A DNA stretch of 61,704 nucleotides, counting the filler. It is 10 parts of 10 records of this genome, joined end to end, with 100 filler letters (N's around TTAATTAATTAA, not from the genome) between each part and the next. Parts side by side here need not be neighbours in the genome. Positions count along the whole stretch, not along the records: positions 37,583 to 42,988 come from SRR31147125_122205; positions 43,089 to 48,165 come from SRR31147125_122302; positions 48,266 to 56,558 come from SRR31147125_122422; 7 more parts are not named here. One strand, given 5' to 3'. The translations under genes and the position numbers were made by a program. The notes under the pieces were generated by a model. That model had not been told where the DNA came from. It searched no databases and saw only the letters and a program-made list of their open reading frames with translations. This document shows positions 41,276 through 51,719 of this stretch, one piece after another (position 1 is the stretch's first letter; each line of letters starts with the position of its first letter).

Positions 41276-42988
41276 TGTTTTTTCCTGTTCGATGGTCTCG
41301 GTTTCGTCTCCATAAATTCCGTCAGTCGGGCAAGAAAGGCCTGTTTTTGATCCGGGGGTGCCATAAAATGAAACTGGCCCATGGCCCGTTCCATTTCTAA
41401 AAAATCCAGAACAAACTGGTATTTTGCAGAAGCTTCGGCCCGTTCGCTCCTGACCTTGGCATTCTGGGCGTCAATGAGATCCGTGATGCTGTTCCGGCCT
41501 TCTGCATATCCGGCCTGGACGATCTCAAAACTCTTGGTGGCCGCATCAAGCCCCTTTTGGGCCAGTTCGATCTCCCGGGCGGACACGGCAGCGGTTTCAA
41601 GGCTGGACCGGACATTCAAATGAAACTGGCTGCGCAATTGTCTTTCTTCCATCCGAAGCCGCTGGAGCCGGAACCGGCTCTGGGCCAGATCCTTTTTCAG
41701 GGCCCCGCCGGTGAACAGGGGCCAGGAGGCGGACAGGGAAACGGTCCAGGGATGATCCAGGTCCGAAGACGTTTTCATCCGGGCGTCATATTCATCCAGG
41801 ATTTTATCCACATTGGCCTGGAGCCGCAGATCCGGCAGATAAAGGGCCCGCTCCCGGTTCAGCACATCACGTTCCTGTGAGCGTACAGTTTCCTGGATCT
41901 GTTTAAGTTCCGGAAGGTTGTGGTCGGCCTCCAGAACCAGGAAATCACTAAACCGGTTCACCCGATTATTATTGCTAAGCAGTCCGTACACCTGGGGATC
42001 GGTGATCATGAGTTCAATCCCGGTTTCCGGACCAATGTCCTTTGGGGTGTATTCCCTGTTCACAGGCCTGTCCAGCACCTGGTTCAGCCGCATCCTTGCC
42101 AGCCGCTGATCCCGGTAGGCATCATTAAGACTGATCTGGTTGGCCGCCTTTTCACTCTCCCAGCGGTTGACCTCGGAGGCATCCACAGCCCCCACGGCCG
42201 CCTTGTTTTTGGCAATTTCAAGGTTCTTCCGGGTCAGATCCAGGTTGTTGTTCTGAATGGCCTGGGTACTCATGGCAAAGAGCAGATTAATATAGGCCCG
42301 GGCCGCCGCCACCACCGTATCCAGAAGAACGGATTTTTCCGCATACTTCTGGGATTCCAGCAGCATCTTCTGGATGGCCTCATTGGCCAGGATATCATCC
42401 ATAAACACAGCCTGGCTGAGGCTGGCCCCGGCGGAAAGAGTGGTCCGGGCCGGATGGGTCCGGGCGATGTTCACCCGGTTTTCATCAATATGGGTCAGGC
42501 CTGCGGACAGGTCAACCTGGGGGAAAAGGAAGCCTTTGCCTTGTCCGCTTCCGTTTCCTGAATCCGGGTATCGGTCTGTTTCATTAAAAGATCAAGGTTC
42601 CGCTCCAATGCCTCATAAATCACCCCTTTCAGCCCCAGGGCCGGGCCCTGGTGCAGTTTATCCAGGTTCAGCAGCCGGGCATCTCCCAGGGCGTCCCAGC
42701 CCGGGTAGTACGCGATGGTTTTCAGGGTCTCCACATTGATAACGAAATTTTCCGCATAGGAGGAGACGGTCACCGGTAGGCTACCGGCATCCCGGCCCTC
42801 CAGGATGTCCAGCACATTAATGGCGATCCGCCGGGCCAGGGCATTAAAATTCCGGTCCGGTGCAATGGCGGCCATGGCGCCCATGCGGACATCTTTTTCC
42901 CCCATGAGGGCAAAGGAAGGCAGCTTCCTCTCATTCACCGCCCGGATGATTTTCGCCATCTGGGCATTCCTGTTTTCAGAAAACAGGG
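41272..42988 (-). CDS. TolC-family outer membrane factor with an N-terminal ABC substrate-binding-like domain; 5' truncated, frameshift near 42525
   Basis: KLPSFALMG..V..GAM...ILEG.DAGSLPV...FVIN, then ALERNLDL, two OEP repeats and YAEG.NSITDLIDAQ. Confidence 0.8.
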
Positions 42989-43088
42989 NNNNNNNNNNNN
43001 NNNNNNNNNNNNNNNNNNNNNNNNNNNNNNNNTTAATTAATTAANNNNNNNNNNNNNNNNNNNNNNNNNNNNNNNNNNNNNNNNNNNN

Positions 43089-43326
43089 AAAATTCCCCAT
43101 CGCTCCGCTGATCCTGGCCTACATCCTGGCTCCGATGCTGGAAACGAACCTGCGCCGGGGAATCTCCTATTCCCGAACCGGTCCCTGGGTCTTCTTCACC
43201 AGGCCGCTGTCAGCCGCACTGATCGTCATCTCTGTCGTGAGTATCGTGTATGCCTTCCTGAAACCGACCCTGAAAGCACGTAAAGAAGCCCGAGAGGCAG
43301 CAAGGGCCGCAGAATCGGCCGAGTAG
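43089..43326 (+). CDS. tctA: Tripartite tricarboxylate transporter permease, C-terminal end
   Basis: PIAPLILAYILAPMLETNLRRG...FFTRPLS. Confidence 0.82.
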
Positions 43327-43343
43327 CCCCACCGGAGGATGCT

Positions 43344-44492
43344 ATGAAGATTACAGACATCAGGCCTATTCGGGCAGCAGGTTACCTTTTTATCGAAATC
43401 CAGACTGATGCCGGACTCACCGGTATCGGCGAGGCCGGCGCCTGGAGTTTCCTGGACGCTACAGTTTCAGCGATAGCGAAATTGCGGGATTTCATCATCG
43501 GACAGGATCCCTTCGCAATCGAACACCATTGGCAGGCGATGTATCGGACATACTATTTCCGGGGCGCGGTAATCATGTCGGCCATCTCGGCTATCGATAT
43601 CGCTCTCTGGGACATCAAGGGCAAAGCCCTGGGAGTGCCGGTATACGAACTCCTGGGAGGCAAATGCCGTGACCGCGTCCGTTCCTACGCGCCGGTCTTC
43701 GAGTTCACCGCCGAGAAGATGGCCCTAGGGTGCAAGGACCTGAAGGACCGCGGCTTCACTGCCGCCCGACTGATGATCACCGAGAGGGTGAACGGCGAGA
43801 AACTGGAAATCGCCGACAGCATCTATGCCAGGAAGATAGAGCAGTCCATCGAGAAGGTAAGGGCCTGCCGCGAGGCTGTAGGAGATGACTTCGACCTCTG
43901 CCTTGAAGTCCACCGCAGTATGAATCCTGCGGAAGCCGCGGCATTCATCAAAGGTGTGGAACAATACCGGCCGATGTTCGTCGAGGATCCCATTCCGCCG
44001 GACAGCGCCGATGCGTTCCGCGACCTGGCGAGATTGTCGTCGGTTCCCTTTGCCACCGGTGAACGATTCATTAACGTCCATGAGTTCGAACTGCTGCTGG
44101 CCGGTAAGGGTGCACAGTATGTCCGCCCCGATGTCTGCACATTGGGCGGTATCTCTGCTGCAAAGAAGGCGGCAGTGATCGCCGAAGCCAATTATGTGGG
44201 CGTAGTACCGCATAATCCCCTGGGGCCCGTGTCTACGGCAGCTTGTCTGCAGCTGGATGCCTGCATCTCCAACTTCGCCATACAGGAATTCCCTTCGTTC
44301 TACGACACCGGGAATGATGCGGAGATGATGGTGGAACCCTTTGTTGTGGAAGACGGCTGCATGTTGATACCCGACGGACCGGGCATCGGCATTGAATTGA
44401 TTCCGGATATTGAGGAGAAGTTCCCGGCATCCAACGGACGCCATGCTTTCCGGACTCATATGTCTTTTGATGGATCGGTACGGGATTTCTGA
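43344..44492 (+). CDS. Enolase-superfamily acid-sugar dehydratase (DgoD-like, mandelate racemase subgroup)
   Basis: DIALWDIKGK, FVEDP, ATGER, PHNPLGP, PGIGI. Confidence 0.88.
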   Translation: MKITDIRPIRAAGYLFIEIQTDAGLTGIGEAGAWSFLDATVSAIAKLRDFIIGQDPFAIEHHWQAMYRTYYFRGAVIMSAISAIDIALWDIKGKALGVPVYELLGGKCRDRVRSYAPVFEFTAEKMALGCKDLKDRGFTAARLMITERVNGEKLEIADSIYARKIEQSIEKVRACREAVGDDFDLCLEVHRSMNPAEAAAFIKGVEQYRPMFVEDPIPPDSADAFRDLARLSSVPFATGERFINVHEFELLLAGKGAQYVRPDVCTLGGISAAKKAAVIAEANYVGVVPHNPLGPVSTAACLQLDACISNFAIQEFPSFYDTGNDAEMMVEPFVVEDGCMLIPDGPGIGIELIPDIEEKFPASNGRHAFRTHMSFDGSVRDF

Positions 44493-45013
44493 TGACGGCC
44501 TTTGACGAGGAACTACGCAAACTTGGAGGTGGATTTCTGCCTGTCCCGCCCCAGGTGGAGTTCCTCTACCGGATCATCGTCGACTGCGAACCACCCATTG
44601 AAGTGGGCATTGCAGATGGTGAATTGAAAAGGATTTTTCCCATAGTCGGCGGACGTTTTGTCGGTCCCCGGATGAAAGGCTCTGTCCTGCCTGTGGGAGC
44701 AGACTGGAATACCGCGCGGCGTGACGATGTCGGTTGTCGGAAGGTGGATACACGCTACATCCTCAAAACTGATGATGAGGCGGTCATCTCCCTCTCAACC
44801 CTCGGTTTCAGCCGGAGATCGTCAGAAGTAGTAGCCATGCGAGAATCCGGCGAACGTGTGAACCCGGAGCTGTACTACTTCAAGCAGCACTTGTTCCTGG
44901 AGACCGGCCATGAGGACTATGAATGGCTGAATTCGCTAGTGGCCTTCGGTTCGGTGATGTCCAAGTACCAGGGCGGACCGGGAGTCATTTACGACGCATA
45001 CTATCTTGCCTGA
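44492..45013 (+). CDS. DUF3237 (UPF0311) family protein
   Basis: PIVGGRF.GP...G.VLP.GADW, DTRY.L.TDD, YYF, YEWLN. Confidence 0.82.
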   Translation: MTAFDEELRKLGGGFLPVPPQVEFLYRIIVDCEPPIEVGIADGELKRIFPIVGGRFVGPRMKGSVLPVGADWNTARRDDVGCRKVDTRYILKTDDEAVISLSTLGFSRRSSEVVAMRESGERVNPELYYFKQHLFLETGHEDYEWLNSLVAFGSVMSKYQGGPGVIYDAYYLA

Positions 45014-45040
45014 AACCGTCCGGCTTTGACGGCTTGCAGC

Positions 45041-45072
45041 AGAACGGGTCTCCCTGGGGGCCCGTTCTTTTT
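45041..45072 (+). terminator. Rho-independent terminator
   Basis: agaacgggtctcc/gggggcccgttct stem followed by a T-run. Confidence 0.75.
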
Positions 45073-45094
45073 CTGCATTCTCTTCAGATTTCTT

Positions 45095-45166
45095 TTGACA
45101 GTTAAGATTACGGGTGTTAACATAAAATCCATTCACCGAATATATTCAATAAATAAATTCGGTAAA
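45095..45166 (+). promoter_or_regulatory. Sigma70 promoter plus inverted-repeat operator upstream of the TRAP genes
   Basis: TTGACA-17 bp-TAACAT with TG, then ttcaccgaatatatt..aataaattcggtaaa imperfect palindrome. Confidence 0.55.
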
Positions 45167-45198
45167 CGAATTCAACCAAATGCAGAGGAGAATCGACT

Positions 45199-46257
45199 AT
45201 GGTAGGTTTCAGAGAAAGGTCCAGTTTACTGAAGGTTACGGTTGCGTTGCTGACAGCAGCAGTGCTTCTCGCAGGATGTTCAAAAGCCGAAGAAGGTGAA
45301 ACAAAAGAGAAGTCCGCAGAGAAAGTTGTCTTTCATATGAATCATTACATGCCGGCCGTGCATCCCTTGCATGTGAATGTCTTCGAGCCTTTTGCGAAGG
45401 ACGTATTTGAAAAAACCGATGGAAGGGTGGAAATCGTCGTACATGCCGGCAATGCCCTGGCGTCTCCCCCGGATACCTATGACGCAGTAGTCAGTGGTGT
45501 AGCCGGAATGGGTTTCGTGCTTCCCGCATATACCCCCGGGCGTTTCCCGATGACCCAGATCCTCGAATATCCTTTCATGTTCTCATCATCGCTCCAGGCC
45601 AACCTGACGGCGAAAGACATGACTCCGATGCTGAGGGAACATGAATACACCGATACGCATCTGCTGTGGGTTGGCGGCACCGATCTCGGCCACTTCCTTC
45701 TGAAATCGGATATCGAGTCACTCTCGGAACTCGACGGAGTGAAACTCAGGTCTCCCGGTCCTATCTATAACGAAGTTATCAAGGAACTCGGCGGCGTGGA
45801 GGTCAGCCTTCCTGTCAGTGACCTGTATGACGCCATGGACCGCGGCATTGTTGACGGAACAGTCATGGCCACTTCCGCGCTCATTTCCTTCCGCCTCATG
45901 GAAGTTACCGAGCAGATCGTGGAACTCGATATGTATACTACACCGCTGATTATGTTTGCCAACAAGGGACTCTGGAACAAGCTCTCCGAGGCCGACCAGA
46001 AAACCATTATGGAAGTAGTGGATTCTTTCCCTGAGAGGATCGGCAAGCAGTACGATGAAGAAGCTGCTCATGCCATGGCTGTGGCCAGAGAAGAGAACAA
46101 GAGCATCTACCAGCTCTCCGAAGCTGATATGGAAGCCTTTCATAACCTGGTTGATCCGATGATCCTCGGCTGGATAGATGACCTGGAAGCTGCCGGTAAA
46201 CCCGGACAGGAGCTTTACGACCTGGCCGTCAAGTCCTCGCAGAAAAACGCACAATAG
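45199..46257 (+). CDS. dctP: TRAP substrate-binding lipoprotein
   Basis: Lipobox LAGC, YTPGRFP, KLRSP, LYDAMDRGIVDG. Confidence 0.9.
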   Translation: MVGFRERSSLLKVTVALLTAAVLLAGCSKAEEGETKEKSAEKVVFHMNHYMPAVHPLHVNVFEPFAKDVFEKTDGRVEIVVHAGNALASPPDTYDAVVSGVAGMGFVLPAYTPGRFPMTQILEYPFMFSSSLQANLTAKDMTPMLREHEYTDTHLLWVGGTDLGHFLLKSDIESLSELDGVKLRSPGPIYNEVIKELGGVEVSLPVSDLYDAMDRGIVDGTVMATSALISFRLMEVTEQIVELDMYTTPLIMFANKGLWNKLSEADQKTIMEVVDSFPERIGKQYDEEAAHAMAVAREENKSIYQLSEADMEAFHNLVDPMILGWIDDLEAAGKPGQELYDLAVKSSQKNAQ

Positions 46258-46270
46258 TTTTTGTCGGGAT

Positions 46271-46315
46271 GCGGACCCTGTCCGGGTACCGAGGGTAGGG
46301 TCCGTTGTTTTTTTT
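46271..46315 (+). terminator. Terminator/attenuating hairpin between dctP and dctQ
   Basis: gcggaccctgtcc/gggtagggtccgt stem followed by a long T tract. Confidence 0.65.
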
Positions 46316-46343
46316 CAGATGATTACACCACAAGGTGGTCAAT

Positions 46344-46847
46344 ATGAAATTGATCAATAAAGTAACGGGAATAACCAGCAAAATCGCGTCTCGAATAGGT
46401 ATGTTCGCGATTTCTGTGCTGTTGTTCCTGACTGTCGGGGATGTGCTTGGCAGATATATTTTCAACTCACCTATTCCTGGCACATTCGAGTTGACGAAAA
46501 TACTTTTCGCATTATCTGTCTTTTTCTCTTTTCCTGTTTCCCAGTACAACGGTGAAAACCTCGGTATCTCACTGCTGGTGGACAGGTTCCCTCTAAGGGT
46601 GAGGGGAATACTCGATCTTTTCAGTTCTCTGATCAGTATCACTGTATTCGGTATAGCCTTCGTGCAGATGCTTAAATACGGAACGCGGATGAAAGACGCC
46701 AATACAATCACCAGCGTCTTGAGGTTACCGATGTTCCCCTGGATATTTCTTGCCTCGATAGGGGTCCTTTTTCTCGTGATTGTTCTCATAAAGGATCTGG
46801 CTGTTTCACTCAAAGAAATCAAGGGAGAAGATATAGATGACTCCTGA
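46344..46847 (+). CDS. dctQ: TRAP small permease
   Basis: DVLGRYIFNSPIPG..E; 4 TM segments. Confidence 0.88.
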   Translation: MKLINKVTGITSKIASRIGMFAISVLLFLTVGDVLGRYIFNSPIPGTFELTKILFALSVFFSFPVSQYNGENLGISLLVDRFPLRVRGILDLFSSLISITVFGIAFVQMLKYGTRMKDANTITSVLRLPMFPWIFLASIGVLFLVIVLIKDLAVSLKEIKGEDIDDS

Positions 46848-48132
46848 ACTGCTTGGATTGCTGGGAGTCATCGTGCTCCTTGTCTTGATTATGCTCAAAG
46901 TACCCATCGGATTTTCGATGCTTGTAGTCGGCGTTGTCGGATACGGCATTATCATCGGTCCCAGTGCTGCACTGGCGAAAATGGGGACAGATATATTCAA
47001 CAATGCCCATAATTACAGTATGAGCGTTATACCTATGTTCACCCTCATGGGAATGTTCATCGGAGCCGCGGGAATTGGGGAAGATATGTTCAAGGCATTC
47101 AATGCCTGGTTTGGACATATTCGCGGCGGCCTTGCCATCGCCTCCATTATCACCTGTGCTGCATTCGCTGCGGTATCCGGATCGGTGATCGCGACAACTG
47201 CCACAATCGCCGTAATTGCCGTGCCGGAAATGCGGCGGATGGGATACCACGACAGCCTTGCCGCAGGTAGTGTGGCATCGGGAAGTACTCTCGGAATCCT
47301 GATTCCCCCGAGCTCTGTGCTGATTATTTACGGAGTCCTGACCGAAGAGTCCATCGGTCAGTTGCTGATAGCGGGCATTGTGCCCGGAATCATGACCGCA
47401 GCTTTCCTTGCATTGACAGCCTACCTGGTGGTCCGGGCAAAACCCGAGCTGGCTCCCGGGACTGACAAGGTTCCCATCAAGGAACGGATAACCTCCCTGA
47501 AGCCTATCTGGCCCATCCCGGCCATTTTCCTTTTCACTATGGGCGGAATCTATTTCGGCATATTCACTCCCACAGAAGGCGGAGCCATGGGAGCGTTCCT
47601 GGCCCTGTTGTTTGCGGTTCTAAGTCGCCGAATGAACATGAACGCTTTCATGTCGGCATTCTTTGATACTGTAAAGGTTGGGGGAATGCTGATGGTCATC
47701 GTGATCGGCGGGGTGATTTTCGGGAATTTCATTTCTGTTACCCGTATTCCCCAGTACCTGGCAGTTCATATGGCCGAGATGCCGCCGTTCCTGCTGCTGG
47801 CCACGATATTTGCCGCGTACTTCGTATCCGGTTTCTTTATGGATGCGATGGCAACCCTGGTGATCTTCACAAGTCTGTTCTATCCGCTCATAGTCAATGC
47901 TGGATATAACGGAATCTGGTACGGCATAATCACCATCCTGATGATACTTATCGGTTTTCTGACACCTCCTGTGGGTGTGGTCAGTGTCGTGACATCCGGT
48001 ATTACAAAAATCAAGCTGGAAACCGTATTTAAAGGAACGATACCTTTCTGGTTCGCGCTTATTGCTTCGACGATCATACTGATGATATTCCCGGACATAG
48101 CAACGTTCCTGCCCAATTTCATGAACAGGTAG
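46837..48132 (+). CDS. dctM: TRAP large permease
   Basis: FAAVSGS, GILIPPS, FTPTE, TPPVG. Confidence 0.93.
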   Translation: MTPELLGLLGVIVLLVLIMLKVPIGFSMLVVGVVGYGIIIGPSAALAKMGTDIFNNAHNYSMSVIPMFTLMGMFIGAAGIGEDMFKAFNAWFGHIRGGLAIASIITCAAFAAVSGSVIATTATIAVIAVPEMRRMGYHDSLAAGSVASGSTLGILIPPSSVLIIYGVLTEESIGQLLIAGIVPGIMTAAFLALTAYLVVRAKPELAPGTDKVPIKERITSLKPIWPIPAIFLFTMGGIYFGIFTPTEGGAMGAFLALLFAVLSRRMNMNAFMSAFFDTVKVGGMLMVIVIGGVIFGNFISVTRIPQYLAVHMAEMPPFLLLATIFAAYFVSGFFMDAMATLVIFTSLFYPLIVNAGYNGIWYGIITILMILIGFLTPPVGVVSVVTSGITKIKLETVFKGTIPFWFALIASTIILMIFPDIATFLPNFMNR

Positions 48133-48265
48133 GTCGTAATCTGAAGAAGCGGTCCGGGATATCGGNNNNNNNNNNNNNNNNNNNNNNNNNNNNNNNNNNN
48201 NNNNNNNNNTTAATTAATTAANNNNNNNNNNNNNNNNNNNNNNNNNNNNNNNNNNNNNNNNNNNN

Positions 48266-48739
48266 AGGGAATCAGACAGAATGCGTGAGGAGATTACCAC
48301 CAAAGAACATTCCCTTCGATTGATCACGGCCGAGTGTTCGTTGCAAAAAACAAGTAACGAGTACATGCGAGCGGAGCTACGGGATGTTCGCCTCTCTGCA
48401 CAAGGGGACAGGCGAGCTTGTGAGCAAGCGGAGCAGCGGGCAGACAGGCTGAGGGTGCAGGTAGCCGATCTGGAGGAGCAACTGAGGCAGAACAGGCGAG
48501 CTCGTGAAGCCGATCAACTGAGGCACATGCTCCGCCCCATGGAAGAGGAAAGATCACCCCCTCAAAGGCCCGTGAACATGTACAGGAACGGTGCAATCGG
48601 ACCTATGGTGACCTACAGGAGGGGTGTGATGACTAGTGGGTACCTCCCACAGGTCCTTCTCCTTCTGTCTCTGTCCCTTGGGTGTGTTTCGGTCTGGAAC
48701 ATCTTCTTTGGTTCCAAGGATGGGCGACCTCCCCTGTGA
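48266..48739 (+). CDS. Eukaryotic coiled-coil protein with C-terminal TM anchor, 5' truncated
   Basis: E/R/Q heptads, then VLLLLSLSLGCVSVWNIFF; probable short in-frame GT..CAG intron at ~48608-48652. Confidence 0.5.
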   Translation, partial: RESDRMREEITTKEHSLRLITAECSLQKTSNEYMRAELRDVRLSAQGDRRACEQAEQRADRLRVQVADLEEQLRQNRRAREADQLRHMLRPMEEERSPPQRPVNMYRNGAIGPMVTYRRGVMTSGYLPQVLLLLSLSLGCVSVWNIFFGSKDGRPPL

Positions 48740-48876
48740 CTCATCTCCTTGTGTAAACGGCTGATGATAGTCGGTGAACAATGTCAAATTCACGAATAGA
48801 TTGCGACGAGAATAACACCCGACGACAAAACAAAAGGAGAAGAGAAAGGACAAACTCTACAACCAATCTACCGGCC

Positions 48877-50036
48877 TCAGTAGCCAGTTGGCTGTCCGTA
48901 CTGATCATACATCTCACCTTGGTGCTGGAAGAGCTATGAGAACGAGAGAATGGGCACACATCCCCCAGTAAGTACCGTAGGAGATGTGCCATACACTCCC
49001 TGGTTTGATGAGTAGCTGCCAGACATGGGGTTTCCCATGGCACCAGCCATCACACTCCTTTCTGGTGAATGAGAGGCTGGCAGGTGGTGTAGTGGTAAGG
49101 AAGAGTGGGCAAGGGAGTAGTCGCAGCGTACCTGGTCCGGTGTAGACCATATGTTCGGGAGAAGTACCGCTCCCCACACGTGCCTGAAACAAGTCTTAGA
49201 AGAGAAGCAAGGGAGACGACCGCATTCCCGTACATTTCCAACGCCCATAGTTCCTATACGGGTTTCGCTTGGTGTCAACTCGACCAGAACCTATGTGGGG
49301 CGTGAACACAGAGAGAGAGGGGCATGCAACCACGACATGCCTTCCCGTTCGAGAACCGCCAGTGGATCCCACGCTTGTAGAACGTGTCATTGACGTTTCG
49401 TAGTACCTCCAGGACCGCGCGCCTCCACTAGAATTCGATGTGGATCAAAGATACAGCGGCGTCGTTAGGCATGCCGAACCTGATTTCGCTTCTTGGCTCG
49501 AATGAAGTAAAGGGCAATCCAACCGAAGATCGGAAAAATGACACTGACAATGTCGGGCCCACAGGCCTTGGGATAGTAAAGGTACTGTACGTCCGACAAT
49601 TGCAGAAGTACATCGACAAACTCCTTGCGTGTCATCTGGAGGCAGAGTGAGACTGGCGGAGTGGCGTGTGTACCACAGTGAAACCTCTCACCCTGCCCTC
49701 CAGATACATGGACCATTCTTGCTCGGCATCAAAGTAGGGTGCAGCGCAACAGTTGTCTTGTGAGGCGTTAAGAGTAATCTGTGCCACAAAAACCACCGCA
49801 CGTGAACACGCACACATACACGGGACCCCCACACGTACGACTTGTGCTGGGGCGTTTGGTGTACTTGTTGTCCCTACAGCAGACATTCCCGTTGGCGGCA
49901 TTCCCGTTGGCTGCATTCCCGTTGGCTGCATCCCCGTTGGCGGCATCCCAGAACTCCCCATGTTTGTCATCCCCATGGCACCAGGCTGCGGGCCTAGAGA
50001 ATGATGTCGGGCAGCAGCAGCAGCCCGCGGATTCAT
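48877..50036 (-). CDS. Intron-containing eukaryotic gene, ERF4/GOLGA7-like domain with G/M/P/Q/Y-rich termini
   Basis: Manual splicing gives LEGR-MTRKEF..L, a hydrophobic segment, then L.NVNDTFYKRGIHW; GMxPT repeats at the N-terminus; ends YDQYGQPTGY*. Confidence 0.55.
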
Positions 50037-50178
50037 TGGGAATGTGTGGAATAGTAATAGAAAGAGCAGTCACGGGTCATCATTTGAAAAAGCCAAAGCA
50101 CCCCGGCGCTCGGTCGGCAATCCAATTTCCACTTCGTCTTCCAATTTCCTTTCTCCCGTTTGTTGAAGGCTCGACACA

Positions 50179-51521
50179 CTACAAAAACAGATCGGACACA
50201 CGAGCTTCAAAGTATGCCTCGAATTCATCTTCCTTGCTCTTTTCAATCTCCGGAGGTCGTGTCCAGGGGTTCTCTTCTTCATCCTTCTCATAGCTCACAT
50301 GCACACCCAACGCCGCTTCTTTCTCCCTCTGTTCCATGGCCTCTTCCACAGCCTTATCCACAGCAAGCAAGGATTCTTCATCATCGCTCTCTTCGGCTGT
50401 TGAATCGTGTACGGATTGTTCCTTTCTCCTTTCCGTCCTTCTCTTCTTCTTCTGTTCTTCTTCTTCTTCTTTTTCCCCCTTCTTCTTCCGTTTGCGCTCC
50501 TTGGATCTCAATTCCTTTGCACGACGACGCTCCATCTTCAAAATCTGTCTGTAGTTCAGCTTGTATCTGGTCACCACCGTCTGAGTAGAATTCCTACACG
50601 GAAGACAGAACACACGCGCATTTGGGACACAATCTGAGTTTAACAAGGGCGTTCTTCTTCTCACCGCCTTCATTGTATTTGAAGTTGACCTGATACACGT
50701 TGAGAGCGAGCCGTCCAAGTCCACACGACCCACATGACCCACCTCATAGCTACGAAGTTCTGCTGTGTCATGACAGCTTTTGTTGCCACACATGAAATGC
50801 CCTGTTCGTAGGGGTGGGACACGAAGCAATCCCTCCATGATCCCTTACCTTTTCCTTCTAACACCTCCTTCTCGACACGCCATCGTAAACCAATCTTGCC
50901 TTCCTTGAAGCGTGACAAATCCACAAGGGCATATTCTTTAAAAAGCTATGAGGATCAAGTCCGTCATATGGCGGCAACACAGCAAACCACCAAAGCTCCC
51001 TCCAACCTTTTCGTAATACTTCTTTGCGAATCGTACCTCCCACGTATTGGGGGCATCATCTTCCAGGGTACGAATAAATCTGGCACCAGAGATTGATGAA
51101 TCGCATGGTTTCAAGACTCGAACGCGCGTACCGATAGTTCTCTCGGAGGACATCGTTATCAGTTACGAACCGTCTGCGTGGAGGAGGTTCGATAGGCCGA
51201 CCATGAGCGTAAAAGAGCTAGTGCTGGTTAGAGGACTGCACACCACACACCACACACACACCCGTACACCTTGTAGTCATTCACAAACTTGACATGGCGT
51301 TGCCATGCTGTGAGACCTGCCTGTTCTCGTGCCGCTCTACCACTGTTAAGGAGGTGTGTGTGTGTGTGTGTGGAGGGGTGCGTGCGTGGAAGTGATTGTG
51401 TGGAAAACAGGGGATACGACTGACGAGCAACCCGAGCCACCTCGTCTGCAAATCGAGGCACAGGTTCTGTGGTAAGGCGTGTTCGTCTGTCTTGTGTGTG
51501 ATCGGCGGGGGGTGCTGCCAT
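50179..51521 (-). CDS. FRA10AC1: FRA10AC1 homologue (spliceosome-associated), multi-exon
   Basis: Spliced motifs RHVKFVNDY, TDNDVLRENYRF, AKKYYEK, KEY..DLSRFK..GLRWRVEKEV..GKG, CGNKSC, EVNFKY.E.GEKKNALVKLRLC..C..KLNY, ending DLFL*. Confidence 0.88.
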
Positions 51522-51719
51522 CTCATCCTGTCCTGATTCCTAAAAAAAACACCAACACTCACAACGGGACAACAACCTACACACCGATGTCGGCACGGGA
51601 ACGTCAAGCTGAGCATTGTAAGCGCCTCCCCGGTGAACTTCGGCGAAATCCACACGCCGTTCGCTCATGATCAACCAATCGATCACACGAGCAGGGCAAA
51701 ATGAACACAAGGATCTTAT

